Shown in pieces: positions 38,009 through 53,142 of a stretch of DNA of 64,000 nucleotides. Within the stretch, counting starts at the first letter, position 1. Every line of letters begins with the position of its first letter. The notes beneath the pieces were generated by a model that saw only the letters and a program-made list of their open reading frames with translations, was not told the DNA's origin and made no database searches. The stretch lies in assembly GCF_006345805.1 (NCBI RefSeq), contig NC_042997.1, positions 105,772,001 to 105,836,000 on the forward strand, in the 5' to 3' direction. A program made the translations under genes and the position numbers. The DNA comes from Octopus sinensis (lineage: Eukaryota).

Positions 38009-39865
38009 TATACTAATATGTCAATGAGAAGGTAATCCAGTTGACTGAGCGATTATTATATTCATCGTTGACAGCAACACGAAGGAAACTTCCTAAAGAT
38101 CTTGGTACGTATATTCGACTGGTTGAGGAATTGATACACGTTGAACACATTTACTGGTGCTCAGACAAAATGTAATTCCTGCAAATGATAACGAAATGTA
38201 TAACCATCTCAGATCACATCTCTCTTGGCTTTCTCTCTTGAATCAATGCATTAGCCTCACTCCTATACACTATTTCTACACTCACACCTACACATTATTT
38301 CTTCTCTGCAGTTCATTCATCATTTATTTACATTTACTTGATAACAAGCCAAACGACAACACAACTCTCCGTCTGACCCCTTCTTTCTCTTTCACTCTCT
38401 CTCTCTCTCTCTCCTCTCTCACTCTCCCTGTCTCTCTGTCTCTCTGTCTCTCTCTCTCTCTCTGAGCGTGTGTGTGTGTGTGTGTACCCGTGTGTCTTCC
38501 CCACTCTTTTTCACTCTTCCCTTCCCTCACCCATTCTTGACGAAAAGCAAGGGCCCAAAACATGAGGTATTCAATTCATCACTACAACTGAACTTTTTCG
38601 AACTCCTCTAATCTTCAATTAACCGTCAATAGTTATCTCGCATTCTGGATGATACCCTCTAATCTATTAAAATCTAACACCTTGCCTACTAACCTGTTTT
38701 CCTTCCATTCTCTTCTCAGACGATGTGTTACTTACTAAAACTAGCAAATCTAAGATACACACGCACAGAATTATGTCTTGCCCAATATCAACCATAACAG
38801 CTTCGTATGGAAATTAGCTCATATCTAAACAGAAATACGAAGGTGTTAGTAAACATTGTACATCAATGATTATAAAGAGAAACATATATGTTTATATTTT
38901 TCTCTAATTCCTTTAGTCAGCTTCTGAGATTGTAAAGTATATTTTTAAACCTACACTGTTTCTTATTCCTACCTATAACCATAATTACCACCTTAAAATA
39001 CGTATGTAAGAAATTACAGTCAAGCTTATAATGATAGTAATTAATTTGCTGCTCCAGGAATTTACTGGCAATTAGATGAAGTTGTAAACAAAACTCTTAT
39101 TGCAGCTGAAATGACATCATGCAAAAGGCCTAAATACATCTTATTGGCATTAACTAATTTTCGGTAAATGTATGTAAATGCACTTACGTAGATATAAGCG
39201 AATGCGTATATAATTATTTACATACGTATGTGTAATTGTGTGTGTGTGCGTGTGTGAGTGTTTGTATGTGTGTGTGTATGTGTGTGTGTGTGTGTATGTG
39301 TGTATGTGTGTATGTGTGTGTGTTCATTATTGTCTCCCTTTGATGTTATCTATCTCAGTTCTTTTTAATTTCATTATGTTCACTAATCGGTAATTGTCTA
39401 GTTTTTTCTCTGTCAACTGACATCTCAGCCTTTCTTCTCTTCCGTTCGCAAACACACGCACACACACAAACACACACACACACACAAACACACATACACA
39501 GGCACGCACGCACAAACCCTCTCTCTCCCCCCCTCTCATTTTATAAATCAAATTCTTTCTACGGCCTTCTTATCTCAACAACTATTTCTACTTCACCATC
39601 GTTCTTTTGACTTCGTTTTCTTCTTTTCTTCCTTTTCTTGCTTAATTGCCTATTCTTATATTATGGCTGCTGCTGCTGCTGCTGTTGCTACTACTACTCC
39701 CACTAAGACTCCACCATCTTTGATAAACGTCTTCGCTTACTGTCCTCCTCCTCCTACTCCTCCTACTCCTCCTACTCCTCTTTCTCTTCTGTTACTGACG
39801 ATTGTGATGACAACTATAACGATATGGGGATGATAGCATCATCATCCTCATCAACATCTTCATCG

Positions 39866-39918
<53 letters not shown>

Positions 39919-39994
39919 GTCATCATCATCCTCATCATCACCACTATCATCATTATCATTATCATCATCATCCTCATCAACATCTTCGTCGTCG

Positions 39995-40039
<45 letters not shown>

Positions 40040-40362
40040 CCATCATCTTCATCATGACCAACGTCATTATCTACTTCTTCTCATTATAACATTAGCTGTT
40101 TGTAATTTTGTTTTGGGCCGCTTTTCAACTCTTATCTCCAATTACTTTTGTTAATTATTTCAACAACGTAACGCAGCGAAACGAAACGAAGCTAATTAGA
40201 AGAAACGACAGAGGCATGCAGAAATTTCACTTTTTCCAGCTACCCTATCTGATATAATTATTGCCGACTTGCAGAAATATTGGAGCATCTATCTCCCTAC
40301 TCTTCGCTATTGCTGTTCTTACACACATTGTAGTAGTAATGGCTGTTAATATTGTTGTTGTT

Positions 40363-40403
<41 letters not shown>

Positions 40404-40700
40404 GTTGTTGTTGTTGTGTTCGTGAGTTATTGTTGTTAATGATGATGTTAAATATTGCTGGTGTTAATGACTTCGAAGACGACGACGATGACGACGATGA
40501 AAACAATGGTGGCGATGACCACGACAAGGAAGAGTGGAAGTAACAGGCGTAGGGGAAAGGAGATGAGGGAGATAACGTGAGAGGAAAGAGAAGGAGGAAG
40601 ATGTTTCTTAGTTACGCTAATAATTAGATTATTGAGACAGGCGGGGAAGGTAGAGAAAGAAAACGTTTCGATTTCCACCAGGTTCACAGAGTAGAGAGTG

Positions 40701-41132
<432 letters not shown>

Positions 41133-41341
41133 CAAAACAGGGGGAGAGGGGAGTGAGAGAAAGAGTGTCTGCGAGAGAGAGCATAAGTAAAAAGATCGAC
41201 AAGTAGATGGAAGACAAATGATAGGTGTCGAGAAAATAACGGTGATAGAGATAGCGAAATAATATGTACACAGACAACCAAAAGCAAAAAAAATATTTGT
41301 ATGTGTCTGATAGATATATACAATAACAACAACAGCAAAAA

Positions 41342-41570
41342 TTACTGGGGACAATATCAGAAGGCTTCAAGAAGATTATAAAGGAAATCGGAATAAAATG
41401 CCCAGTAGAACTGTTACAAAGGGTTTGCTTCCTTGGCACGGCCAGAATAATCCGCTAAGTATAAGATAGCTGAAAAGAATGAGCAGCATGGTACCGTTGG
41501 TTGCAGGTAGCAAGCCCGGTTATGCATGTAAGACACCAGGGGCTCCATCAAAACTTGCGATAAGGAGAAA
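41342..41570 (+). pseudogene. Dong/R4-type LINE extreme 3' end (end of the RLE domain plus 3' UTR), followed by (TAA)n
   Basis: LGTISEGFKKIIKEIGI..PVELLQRVCFLGTARIIR resembles LGSIS...LQKSALLGNARILRRV at 62.7-62.87 kb. Confidence 0.7.
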
Positions 41571-41587
41571 TAATAATAATAATAATA

Positions 41588-41633
<46 letters not shown>

Positions 41634-41634
<1 letters not shown>

Positions 41635-42204
41635 TCCCTGATACAGTACCAAACAGTGGCTCTCTTGGATTCTGATCTTAACTGATTGGAAGATTTATCA
41701 TAGACATGGTTTTGTCTTGGTATAAAAGATGGGAGGGGGGCTACGGCAAATATTCTGCTCAATACTACAGATTTGCTTGTCAGTTGTTTGACCTTAACCA
41801 GCTGAGCATGTCTCTTTGTGGCTGACAATACATGCATCCCTGATCACGAGCAGAAGTAGTGGAACAGCATCATAGCCGTGTGTAAGAGCAATTCTTTAGG
41901 GTGGTGGGGGTTGAATAATTCACCTCTGGAATCATGGGTGTTTCGTTCAACATCTTTAAATAACCCTTATTCAGGAGCCTTTTTGATTGGGATGGGCTAC
42001 TCAACCTGATGAGAATTCTAACTGGGCTCTATCTGCAAGGTCCTGCGCTGTTTATCTTGATATGTGATCACCAGGTCACGCACATATGGCAGTGATGCAA
42101 GTGCCTAGAGTACTCTTGTTAAACATGTAGTCATGATGGGTGTACTGGGCTTCGTATTTTCTACTCTAGTGTCAATTTCATCGAATGCACTGCTCTCTAA
42201 CTCA
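41634..42204 (+). mobile_element. Non-coding repeat family D, flanked by TAA-type repeats
   Basis: Homologous to 63001-63480; no ORF; (TAA)n on the left, (CTA)n(TAA)n on the right. Confidence 0.85.
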
Positions 42205-42222
42205 ATACTACAACAACTACTG

Positions 42223-42287
<65 letters not shown>

Positions 42288-42384
42288 TAATAATAATAAT
42301 AATAATAATATAATAATAATAATAACAACAACAATAACAATAACAATAATAATTACAATAATAATATAATAATAATAATAATAA

Positions 42385-42480
<96 letters not shown>

Positions 42481-42764
42481 TAACCTCAGTTCTTATTGCT
42501 GCATTATTCTTTCGATTTCGGCTGTAGGAAACATAAAACTGACCTCAGTAGGATTTGAACTCAAGCTGAAAGAATCAGAACAAATCCCGCATTCCATTTT
42601 TCCTAACGATTCTGCTTATCTAATAATGATGAGGAGGAAGAAGGGGAAGAGGAGAGAAAGGAAGAGAATGGAGACAGGCAGAGGAATTGAATAGAGGAGA
42701 GTATTGAAGGATATTACTATAAAATGGCTGACTATAACAATAACGACTGTGATGATGATGTTGT

Positions 42765-42825
<61 letters not shown>

Positions 42826-43020
42826 GGTGACGACGACGGCGACGACGCTGATGGTGACGACGTTAACGACGACGATGATGATGTGATGATGATGGTGGTG
42901 GTGGTGGAGGTGGTGGTGGTGGTGGTGGTGGTGGTGGTGGTGGTGAGGATGATGATGATGATGAAGAGGAGGAGGAGGAGGACGACGAAGATGCTTCAAG
43001 CAACAGGAACAACTACAACA
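42205..43020. repeat. (CTA)n(TAA)n, then (GAT)n/(GAC)n/(GGT)n microsatellites
   Basis: Directly visible. Confidence 0.92.
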
Positions 43021-43620
43021 ACTACAAAACCATTCAACAGCAACCAACAAAAACGTAACAACAAAAATCAAAAGCAATAAATATATAAATATATAATAAA
43101 TATATATATAACGAAAGCAGCAGCAGAAACCAAGTTGATAATGAAATTAATTATCACCGTAATCCAATAAAAATTTCCTGCTTTGAAATATATTTCTAAA
43201 TGCTGATTTTTAAAATAATAAACACCGCTAATTTAAAAACACAACAACTACAACAACAACTGCTACATCAATTAGCTTGAGTATATAACACAACAAATAA
43301 CGTGGCAACATCAAAGGCTATTACATTACCATTGTGTTTCAAATGTTTGCAGGAGATTCTCATGCTATTAGTTTTCACAGAATAAATAACTTTCTTTCAA
43401 TTAAATTGTTATTGTAATTGTTATTGTGTGTGTGTGTGTGTGTGTGTGTGTCGCCACCATCATCAGCATCATCAACATCGTTGTTGCTTCCTTGCTCGGC
43501 ATTATATGAAGAAAAGGCGTTGGAACGATAAACGAAAGCTTATCATAATTAAGAAAACAAGAGAACACAAAACGCCCACCTTATATTATTATGATGAAAT
43601 TATTATTATTATTATTATTA

Positions 43621-43651
<31 letters not shown>

Positions 43652-43679
43652 AATTGGCTATTACGTTAACACCAATTGC

Positions 43680-44880
43680 AGCGAAGATTTACAATGCATT
43701 GCAACTCAGTTGAATCCAAACTCAAATTGAAAGAGTTCCTAGGAAAAATCAAAATGCATTCAGGAAGAGCTGCTCTACATCGTGTCAAATTCTTACAGTT
43801 AGGAGGCTGTTGGAATGAGTACGAGCTAAAAACCTTAATGCAATTCTGTTCTTTGTTGATTTCTCTTTGAGATAAGATGGCAGAAATCCTTAGGGCATAT
43901 GGAATCCCTGATGAATCAATAAAGGTAGTAATGATGTTGTATAAAAAACACCCAAACGAAAGTGCGATCACCAGATGGAGATACTAACTTCTTCGATGTT
44001 CATACATGAGTACTGCAGAGTGACACTAGCTCCTTGCTTGTTCATCCTGTGTCTCGATTATGTATTGCGTACCTCAATAGATCAACACAATGATCTAGGT
44101 TTCATGTTACAGAAGTCTAAAGGCAGAAGATATCCGGCCACCTACCTGACTGACTCCAATTATGCTGATGACAGAGCTCTTCGCAGACAACATAAAAGAT
44201 ACTGAACGTTTACTCCATCTCCTGGAAAATGCTGATGCTAACATAGGACTATATGTGAATGAAAAGAAGACAGAGTTTATCACTTTGACTACAACAGGGG
44301 AAATCAGGACCATCAAACAGAGGCCTTTGAAAACTGGTAACGTGTTTACTTACTTGGGCAGCTATATCATGCCCACAGAAAAAGATATCAAATCTCGCGT
44401 TGCTAAGGCTTGGGCAGCAATAAACGGTCTTAGAACAATATGGAAGTCAACCCTATCAGATAAATTGAAGAGACAGTTCTTCAGAGCAGTTGTTGAATCT
44501 GTGCTTGTATATGGATCTCCGACTTGGACTCTCACCAAGAGACTCAGGTGCATGCTGGACGGTGCCTACACAAGAATGCTACCTACTGTGCTCAACATCT
44601 CTTGGAAGGAGCGTCCACCAAAACAGCGGTTATATGGGACTGTACCAACTTTCTGGTTTGCTGGCCACTGCTGGAGAAGTAAAGAAGAACTCGTGAGTAA
44701 TATGTTGCTGTGGACATCAAATCATGGTACCACAGTGGCCGGAAGATCACGGAAGTCGTATATACAACAGCTTGCAAAATATGTTGGATACCAAATTGAA
44801 GACTTAAAAACACTAATGGAAGATCGGGTGGCGTGGGGAGAGGTAGGCCGGTTCGCCGGGGAATCAGCCTAACTGGATGA
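43680..44880 (+). pseudogene. 5'-truncated RTE-clade LINE: RT and thumb region, frameshifted
   Basis: KMAEILRAYGIP; TLAPCLFILCLDYVLR; YADD; GLYVNEKKT; FTYLGS; VESVLVYG..TWTLT; WFAGHCWR; EDRVAW (ORFs 43975-44205 and 44162-44872). Confidence 0.9.
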
Positions 44881-44933
44881 TGCCTCGATAGAAAAACAAA
44901 AAATGTATTATTATTATTATTATTATTGTCATA

Positions 44934-45228
44934 GGCGGCAGCTGGCGGAATCGTTAGTACGCTGGGCTAAATGCTTAGCGGTATTTCGTCTGTCTGTACG
45001 TTCTGAGTTCAAATTGCGCCGAGGTCGACTTTGCTTTTCATTCTTTCGGGGTCGATAAATTAAGTACCAGTTACGCACTGGGGTCGATGCAATCGACTTA
45101 ATCCGTTTGTCTGTCCCCTGTTTATCCCCTCTGTGTGTACCCCCTTGTGGGCAGTAAAGAAATAGGTATTTCGTCTACCGCTACGTTCTGAGTTCAAATT
45201 CCGCGGAGGACGACTTTGCCTTTCATCA
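44934..45228 (+). mobile_element. SINE family A full copy plus partial second unit
   Basis: Head, core and tail, then a repeated core that abuts the LINE fragment. Confidence 0.85.
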
Positions 45229-45229
45229 C

Positions 45230-45915
45230 TTTTAGACTTCCATAACCATCTTTTTTCTCTGCCTGTCTTATCTTCAACATCCCTATGAAATTTTCCATGC
45301 ATTCTTTTCTTTATCCACCTATTTTCAGTTTCATTCCTTCTCAAGTGTTGTACAGTGCTTTATTTTTGCAATCTTCCATCCTACACAAACCTGTCCTTTT
45401 TTCTTCCAATAATAGTTGTTCTGTGGCATTTTTTACATACCATGCTATGTTTTCTTCTGCCCCAATGCTGCGTTCACATCCAATCAGTCCTCTTCCCCCT
45501 CTTTTTCTTTGGTCCGTACAATCTGTGTCACTTTTTGGGTGTAGTATCCCATATATAGTGAGCAACTTCTTTGTCTTTCTTTCTAAGCTGTTTAGTTCGT
45601 CTACTGTCCATGCGATTACCCCTGCTCTATATCTAAGGAATGAGACTGCCTAGGTGATGATAGCTTCAATTTTATTCCGTCCATTTAATTTCGACTTAAG
45701 AATCAGTCTCAGTCTGCGCAAGTACTCCATCTTAAATTTTTCTGTTATTTCTTTCTCCATCAATTTATCCATTTCTAATATATCCAAGTACTTATAGCCC
45801 GTCATTTCTATCTGCTTCATAACCTCCCCCGACGGTATCGCTAGCCCGTCCATACATTTGATTTTGCCTCTCTTCAAGATTAACACCACATTTTTTTCAG
45901 TCCTAACTCCATTCT
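45230..45915 (-). pseudogene. Dong/R4-type LINE fragment (end of RT and thumb region)
   Basis: GYKYLDILE; EYLRRLRLILKSKLNGRNKIEAI; LHPKSD; RKRGGRGL; KRMHGKF. Confidence 0.85.
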
Positions 45916-46141
45916 GACATCAATCTAATCGACTGGCACCTCCCCCAAAAGTTCAGATTATCGTTAGTGTCATCATGAAGGCAGTGAGCTGTGACAATTG
46001 ATAGGACACCGGGAAAAATTTTGGAAGCAGTTATTTACGCTTTGTGTTCAAATCATACCGAGACTAACTTTGACTTTCATCTTTTAGGGATCGATAAAAT
46101 AAAAAGCAACCCGAAATTACTGCCCTTGTGTCAAAGTTTCC

Positions 46142-46179
<38 letters not shown>

Positions 46180-46180
46180 A

Positions 46181-46238
<58 letters not shown>

Positions 46239-46271
46239 ATTATTATCATTATTATCATTATTATTATTATA

Positions 46272-46321
<50 letters not shown>

Positions 46322-46702
46322 GGCAGCGAGCCGAGATATTCGTTAGCACGTCGGACAAAATGCTTAGCAGCATTTCGTTTGTCTGTATATACTTTGTGCA
46401 AGCTGTACCGATGTCGGCTTTGCTTTTCATCCTTTGTTCGTTGGGACGAACGACAAATTAGCGCTTGATAGAGTTTAGGTGAGAGAACATTCCATCACTA
46501 CACACCGGTGCTGCAATATGACAAGGTGTTGCTAATCCAAGAGAAAAAAGCTAGATAGAATCGCTACGGAGTGTTCTCAGTGCAGAAGGTATTATGAAGT
46601 AAATATGTTTTTCTTGTATGCAGTATAGATGGGGTTTGATAATGGAAACACCTAAAATTGTCATTTTTATATGGCAACGTACTTTTCCAACACTTTTATA
46701 TA

Positions 46703-46915
46703 ATGGTTTCAAATTTTGGCACAAGGCCAGAATCTTCGAGGTAGGGTGTAAGTCGATTATCCCGACACCGGTGCTTAACTGTTACTTATTTTATCAAACT
46801 CGAAAGGATGAGAGGCAAAGTCAACCGCAACAGAATTTGAACTCGAAACATAAAGACAGACAAAATACCATTAACTATTTTGTCCGGCGCGGTAACAATT
46901 CTGCAAGTTCAACAC
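46703..46915 (-). mobile_element. SINE family A, short-tail variant (degraded)
   Basis: TTTCAAATTTTGGCACAAGGCCAG tail shared with 12231 and 63977; core present. Confidence 0.7.
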
Positions 46916-47270
46916 CTGAAACCTTTTTATATATTAAATATTAGAATGTGATAAGAAAATTTGTTTATATTGTAGTTGATTCCTTCCATCTTGTAAAAGA
47001 TTTCTATAGAATAGCTATATTAGTAATATGGAAGATTATCACGTCCTAAGATTATCAGGAGATTGTGCGGCATCGTTTTACGTATGCTGCTTAGAACTTT
47101 CATTGCTGTATGCCAAAAAGTTGCATATTCCCCATTATTCTACCATTAAAATACTGCAATGTCCATTTCAAATGAGTATAAAATTTTAGTTTGGTTTTGC
47201 GATATATTACTGTTCATAGTAAATATGAAGATTTTATTTGGTACGTGGTATTTGAATCTAACAATTGCAG

Positions 47271-48189
47271 AACAGTGATATAAAAGAGTTCCCAGTATAG
47301 CTATGTTTAATAAAAAAAATAACTTATTTACCTAAGTCTTTAACATCATCACCTTCGAAATAGTCACCTTGCGCAGCAATACACGGGTTCCAGCCTTCCA
47401 GTCACTTTTGGAATCTGGCTTGGAAGTTGTTTTCCGTAAACGAATCCAGGACCTTTCGCGATTCGCTCTTGATCTCGACAACGGTGTTAAAATGGCGACC
47501 TTTGAGTTGCATTTTCACCTTGGAGAAGAAATGGAAGTCAGTAGATGCTAAATTTGGCATATAGTGTGGGTGAGGAAGCGATACCATGTTGTTTTTGGCG
47601 AGAACCTCATGAGTGAGGAGAGCTTGGTGACAGGGTACATTGTCGTCGTGAAGAATCCAGTTCTTCACGGACATCAGAATTACTTGGAAGGTCACATACA
47701 ACAGACCAACAAGATCGGCAATGTCGTTGATGGTCCTTCGACGTTCCTCATGTACAAGCTGATAAATTTTCTTCGTGTTTCCAGGGATGACGCAAGTGGC
47801 TGATCTTCCAGATCGCTCATCGTATTCCAGAGAAGTTCTTCCGCTTTTGAAGCGCCCATGTCACTCGTAACATTGCCTACGACCCATTGCCGCGTTGCTG
47901 TAAGCTTGCCGAAGCATGCCCAATGTCTCTGTAGCAGACTTCCTAAGTTTAAAACAAAAATTCACGTTGTTTCTTTGTTCCAACATCTTGTACATGAAAA
48001 ATTGCAGATTACAGAATACATGTGATCACAAAGACAAAAATTTCACAACTTGCGAAGTAAACTGGCAATGACACTCGGGACACTGATTCATGAAGGTCAC
48101 TACCAGCGTCCACTGCGCTCGCTACCGTTTACTGTCATCTGTTAGCGTGCTACAGTACTAGTCCGGGAACCTTTTCATACCACCTCGTA
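47271..48189 (-). mobile_element. Internally deleted mariner element (~0.92 kb), a different family from the 36.8-kb copy
   Basis: N-terminal LEQRNNVNFCFKLRKSATET..MLRQAY and RFKSGRTSLE..ERSGR joined to WILHDDNVPCH and PHPHYMPNLASTDFHFFSK; degenerate TIRs (GTGGTATGAAAAGGTTCCC vs GTGATATAAAAGAGTTCCC); TA at 48188-48189. Confidence 0.85.
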
Positions 48190-49062
48190 AATGTCTTCAA
48201 TCGTCATCGAATTACAAACAGTTGACGAGTGACAAGGTTAGCTTCTCTCGTAGATTCTTGTTTTTGCTGGTACTGTATTTGATTTTTTTTTCAATGGAAA
48301 CCAATGAAACTTTCATTGATAATAACGTGTACCTAATGCTTCCAGTAGCAAACTGTAACTATTTACTATTAGGCTTATATTTTCCACAACGCAGTAAAAG
48401 TGAGGCAATAGAAACAGTGAAAACGTTTAAGCTGGTACTCTGACACCCTATCAATTCACATATCTGTATTTCTCGGGAGACGTCTACATTTCTAATAAAG
48501 CTAAAAACTCGTTTCCCTCGGGATAATAGAAGCAGCAGATTTCACTCATCTTCTTTGGGGGCAGGAAATTCATATTGCTTCTTAAGTTGACTGCTACTCT
48601 TAAGGCATTGATTGATTGCGGCTATTTATTATATTTTCGTATGTTGTATTACTTGAAGAGACTTCAAAACTATTTACTTTGTCTTAATTAGCAGTATTAC
48701 ATAATATTATAAAATATGTCAATTAATTCTAAAACACATTTAACCATAATATGATAACTGGAATATGTATCCGATTCTCTCTCTCAATCACCCCCCGTTG
48801 TTGCCTTCAGTTTCCTTTCCTTTAGTTTTTCGCCCTGTATATGAGAATGCATTTTCATGCTTCATAGAGAATATAATGAACTATATATATATAAATATTT
48901 AAGTGAAAATCGGTGACTAAATTAGCCGGCAATATATAGACACAGTTACGTTTTACTATGTTCCCACATACGTAAATATATACATACATACACCCACTCA
49001 CCCACACACACATATATATGTGTCTGTATGTATGGGTGTGTATGTATGTATGTATGAATGTA

Positions 49063-49096
<34 letters not shown>

Positions 49097-49146
49097 CATG
49101 CTTACATACATACATAAATACATCTATATATCTATCTATCTATCTA

Positions 49147-49217
<71 letters not shown>

Positions 49218-49223
<6 letters not shown>

Positions 49224-49478
49224 GTGCAGTAAGTAGCTTGCTTACAAACCACATGGTTCCGGGTTCAGTCCCACTGTGTGGTACCTTAGGCAAGTGTCTT
49301 CTACTATAGCCTCGGGCCGACCAAAGCCTTGTGAGTGAATTTGGTAGACAGAAACTGAAAGAAGCCCGTCATATATATGTATAGTAGAAACGAGTTGTCA
49401 AAGTGCCACGTAGTGGCACTGGGTCCCGAACCATGCGCTCGGGAGACAAACTTCTTACAGCACAGTTATGCCTACGCC
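49218..49478. mobile_element. Family B SINE 5' half (+, 49218-49372) and an inverted degraded head (-, 49385-49478)
   Basis: Match to the family B head and CORE-like segment. Confidence 0.75.
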
Positions 49479-49624
49479 TACATATATATATATATATATA
49501 TGATTGATGATTGATTCTAGTTTCAGCTCACGAGCTGTGGCCATGCTGGGCACCGATTTGGCGTTGCTACATGGTTTTACTTCACGAATGCTTTTTAGCA
49601 ACTGCCATTTGGTGTCATGAGAGA

Positions 49625-49866
<242 letters not shown>

Positions 49867-50365
49867 GTGTGTGTCTATGTATTTTTACTAGAATTGTCTT
49901 AGTTGAATAAATGTGTTATATTTTCCCTGATATGAGGATCCGTTTCCCATATTACTTTTATCACTTAACTTCGTCTGGGAATCTATTTCAGTTTATCTTC
50001 ATTACCTCGTGTTTATCATTATCGTCAATGCCATCCTTGTCATCGTCATTGTCATCGGCGTTGTTTAGCCGTCACCATGGTCGTCGAGTGAAAATTACAA
50101 AGCATCGATGAAAAATGAAGTAAATGCGTATTATTTTTGTGTTTTGTTTTGTTTTTTTAACGCTTTCGTCGTTTGACTTTTTGTGGGCTGTGAAGAAAAA
50201 GAACTTTGACGAAACATATAACCACTTATTTACATATATATATATATATACATACACACACTCAAATGTGCACACACAAACACACACGCATATATATATA
50301 TACACATATGTATGTATCTATAGATACATATATATTGTACATATGTAAGTATTTATACATGTATA

Positions 50366-50416
<51 letters not shown>

Positions 50417-50522
50417 TATATATGTAAACATACAACCCACACGTTTCTACATGCATACATACGTATACATATAAACATCTATATACACACGCTCACACAT
50501 ACACACAATTATACACACACAT

Positions 50523-50559
<37 letters not shown>

Positions 50560-51439
50560 CGAATATATGTATGTTTGTATGTATGTATGTATGTTTGTTT
50601 GTATGTATGTATGTATGTATGTATGTATGTATGTAGTATGTATGTACAGACTGATTATGCAGACTTTTTCCCTTTCTTATTCTTTGTCATTTTATTTCCA
50701 CTTATTTTTATACCCTTTTTTTTATTTCGTGGGACAGACTGAGGGATAAATCAGTCATCTATTTTTACAATGCGGTTGTATTGTAGTGTCACTTTTATGC
50801 CAGAATATGGCACACAATTGACAATTCTTGTCCACCAGACCTCAAAAAACAGTTAAAACTCCTGACTTTCAAACAAACCAACCCGACGTAAAGTTGTCAT
50901 CTCTACGCCCACACCTACCTAGCATCAATTAAGCTTGTAAAAGAACGTTGGTTTGTATCCGCGTTAGTCGTTCTGATTAATTGCTGATCCCTCACAACGG
51001 TCAAGACGACTGACCTCCAACTCTGCTTTGCTGGCAGGTGATCGGCTCAAGCTACCTCCTCTCCATCACCCCTTTCTCTCCAGCAACCAACTTTCTCTGC
51101 CATTTCACAACAATCCGTTGTCACTTTAGTTCGCCCGGTTGACAAACAGCAATTATTACGGCATATTACTTTGCCTAAAGATATCACGGGAGGTTTTCAA
51201 AATACTGTAAACCAATACAAACAGCAAAAAGAAATTATTGGTTGTACGGGGGGGGGGGAGAAGATAGTTATGATGGTGGCGGTAAGGGTAGAGTGTGGTG
51301 GGGTGGGGGTGGGAGAGTGATCCGTCGTCGTCGTCGTTATAGTAGTGGGATAATGCTAAAGTACAGTGAAGGATAGATACAGAAAAAAATGGTAGATTTG
51401 CAGAGGAATAGAAGACAGAAAATACTAAAAAAAATTAAT

Positions 51440-51455
51440 AATAATAATAATAATC

Positions 51456-51516
<61 letters not shown>

Positions 51517-51519
51517 GAT

Positions 51520-51566
<47 letters not shown>

Positions 51567-51761
51567 AGTGGTGGTGGTGGTGGTGGTGGTGGTGTGGTGG
51601 TGGTGGGGTGGTGGTGGTGGTGGTGGTGGTGGTAAAAATAGAGAGAAGAGAACTACAGAAAAAGGAAATCTGGAAATCCGGTAGAGTAAAACAAAAGACT
51701 CAAAGAGAGGGAGAGAGACAGATAGACACACAGCCAGAAACAGATATGTATATATATATTA

Positions 51762-51793
<32 letters not shown>

Positions 51794-52637
51794 AAGTTAA
51801 TCCAAACAAGAAAACACAAAAAAAACAAAAACCATGGACGTGGAACAAATAAAGTATTATTGGACACTCAGGAAAGAAGGGAAATAAATACATATATACA
51901 TATATACATACATAGATACATACATACACACACACACACTTGCGTACGTACGTACATATGTATGTATGTATGTATGTATGTATGTGTATGTATGTATGTG
52001 TGTATGTATGTATGTATGTATGTATGTATGTATGTATGTATGTATGTATGTATGTATGTATGTATGTGTGTGTGTATGTATGTATGTATGTATGTATGTG
52101 TGTGTGTATGTATGTATGTATGTATGTATGTATGTATGTATGTATGGTACATAGATTGACAATGACGGAATTAGCAAATATGCAGGGAAATGCGGAAGTG
52201 CAAGAGAGAGAATGATAGACATGAAGAAGTAGAAGAAACTATTGAGACAATGGCTTATGCAGAAAGAAACGGTGAAATTGCAGAGAAGTGGATAAGGGTG
52301 CAATAATAATAATAATGAGATTGACAAAAACTAAATGGAAAGTCCAAAGAAACAAACAAGTGGCGGAAAGAGAGAGAAAGAGACAGAGACAGAGAGAGGG
52401 GGTAGAGAGGAGAGAGAGGAGGGATGTGAGGAGAGGGGCAAGAGAGAGGGAGAAAGTCAGAGATAAAGACCAATAAAATACACAGAAAGATATAGACAAA
52501 GACAGAGGAAGGCACTGCGTAAGAAGGAAGAGGACAGAAAGAGGAAGAAAGAGACAATACACGCTGGAAAAGGAACAGGAAGAGAGAGAGAGAGGGAGAG
52601 AGAGAGAGGAGAGAGAGAGAGAGAAAGAGAGAGGGTT

Positions 52638-52679
<42 letters not shown>

Positions 52680-53076
52680 TCTGATGAATAGACAAGCGGT
52701 GACAGGAGAAAATTTGAACCGAGAACATTTCAGAATGTAAGAGAACGGGATGCGAGACAGAGAGAGAGTAAATGCCATGCAAGAGAGAATGTTATGAAAA
52801 ACGGAGAGAAGGAGAGGCGGCAAAGGAGGTGGGCTGAGAGACAGGAAGCCACACGAGGGCAATTTGTCAACGGCTTAAATAACTCTTTTAATCAACTTAT
52901 CAATATTATAGCGACATAGCGACACTACGACTACTACTGCTGCTGCTGCTGCTGCCGTTGTCGCTGGTGGTGCCGCCACTACCGCTGCTGCTGCAACTAC
53001 TACCACTACTAATACTACTACTACTAATAATAATATTACTAAGACTACTACTACTACTACTACTACTATTACTACG

Positions 53077-53142
<66 letters not shown>

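Noticed and set aside
43880-43920. GAAA...CUGAUGA spaced like the rearranged HHRs (similar case at ~17960-17996)
   Set aside because: Stem I fails to pair; the 43.9-kb case lies in the RT reading frame (MAEILRAYGIPDE), so it is a chance match
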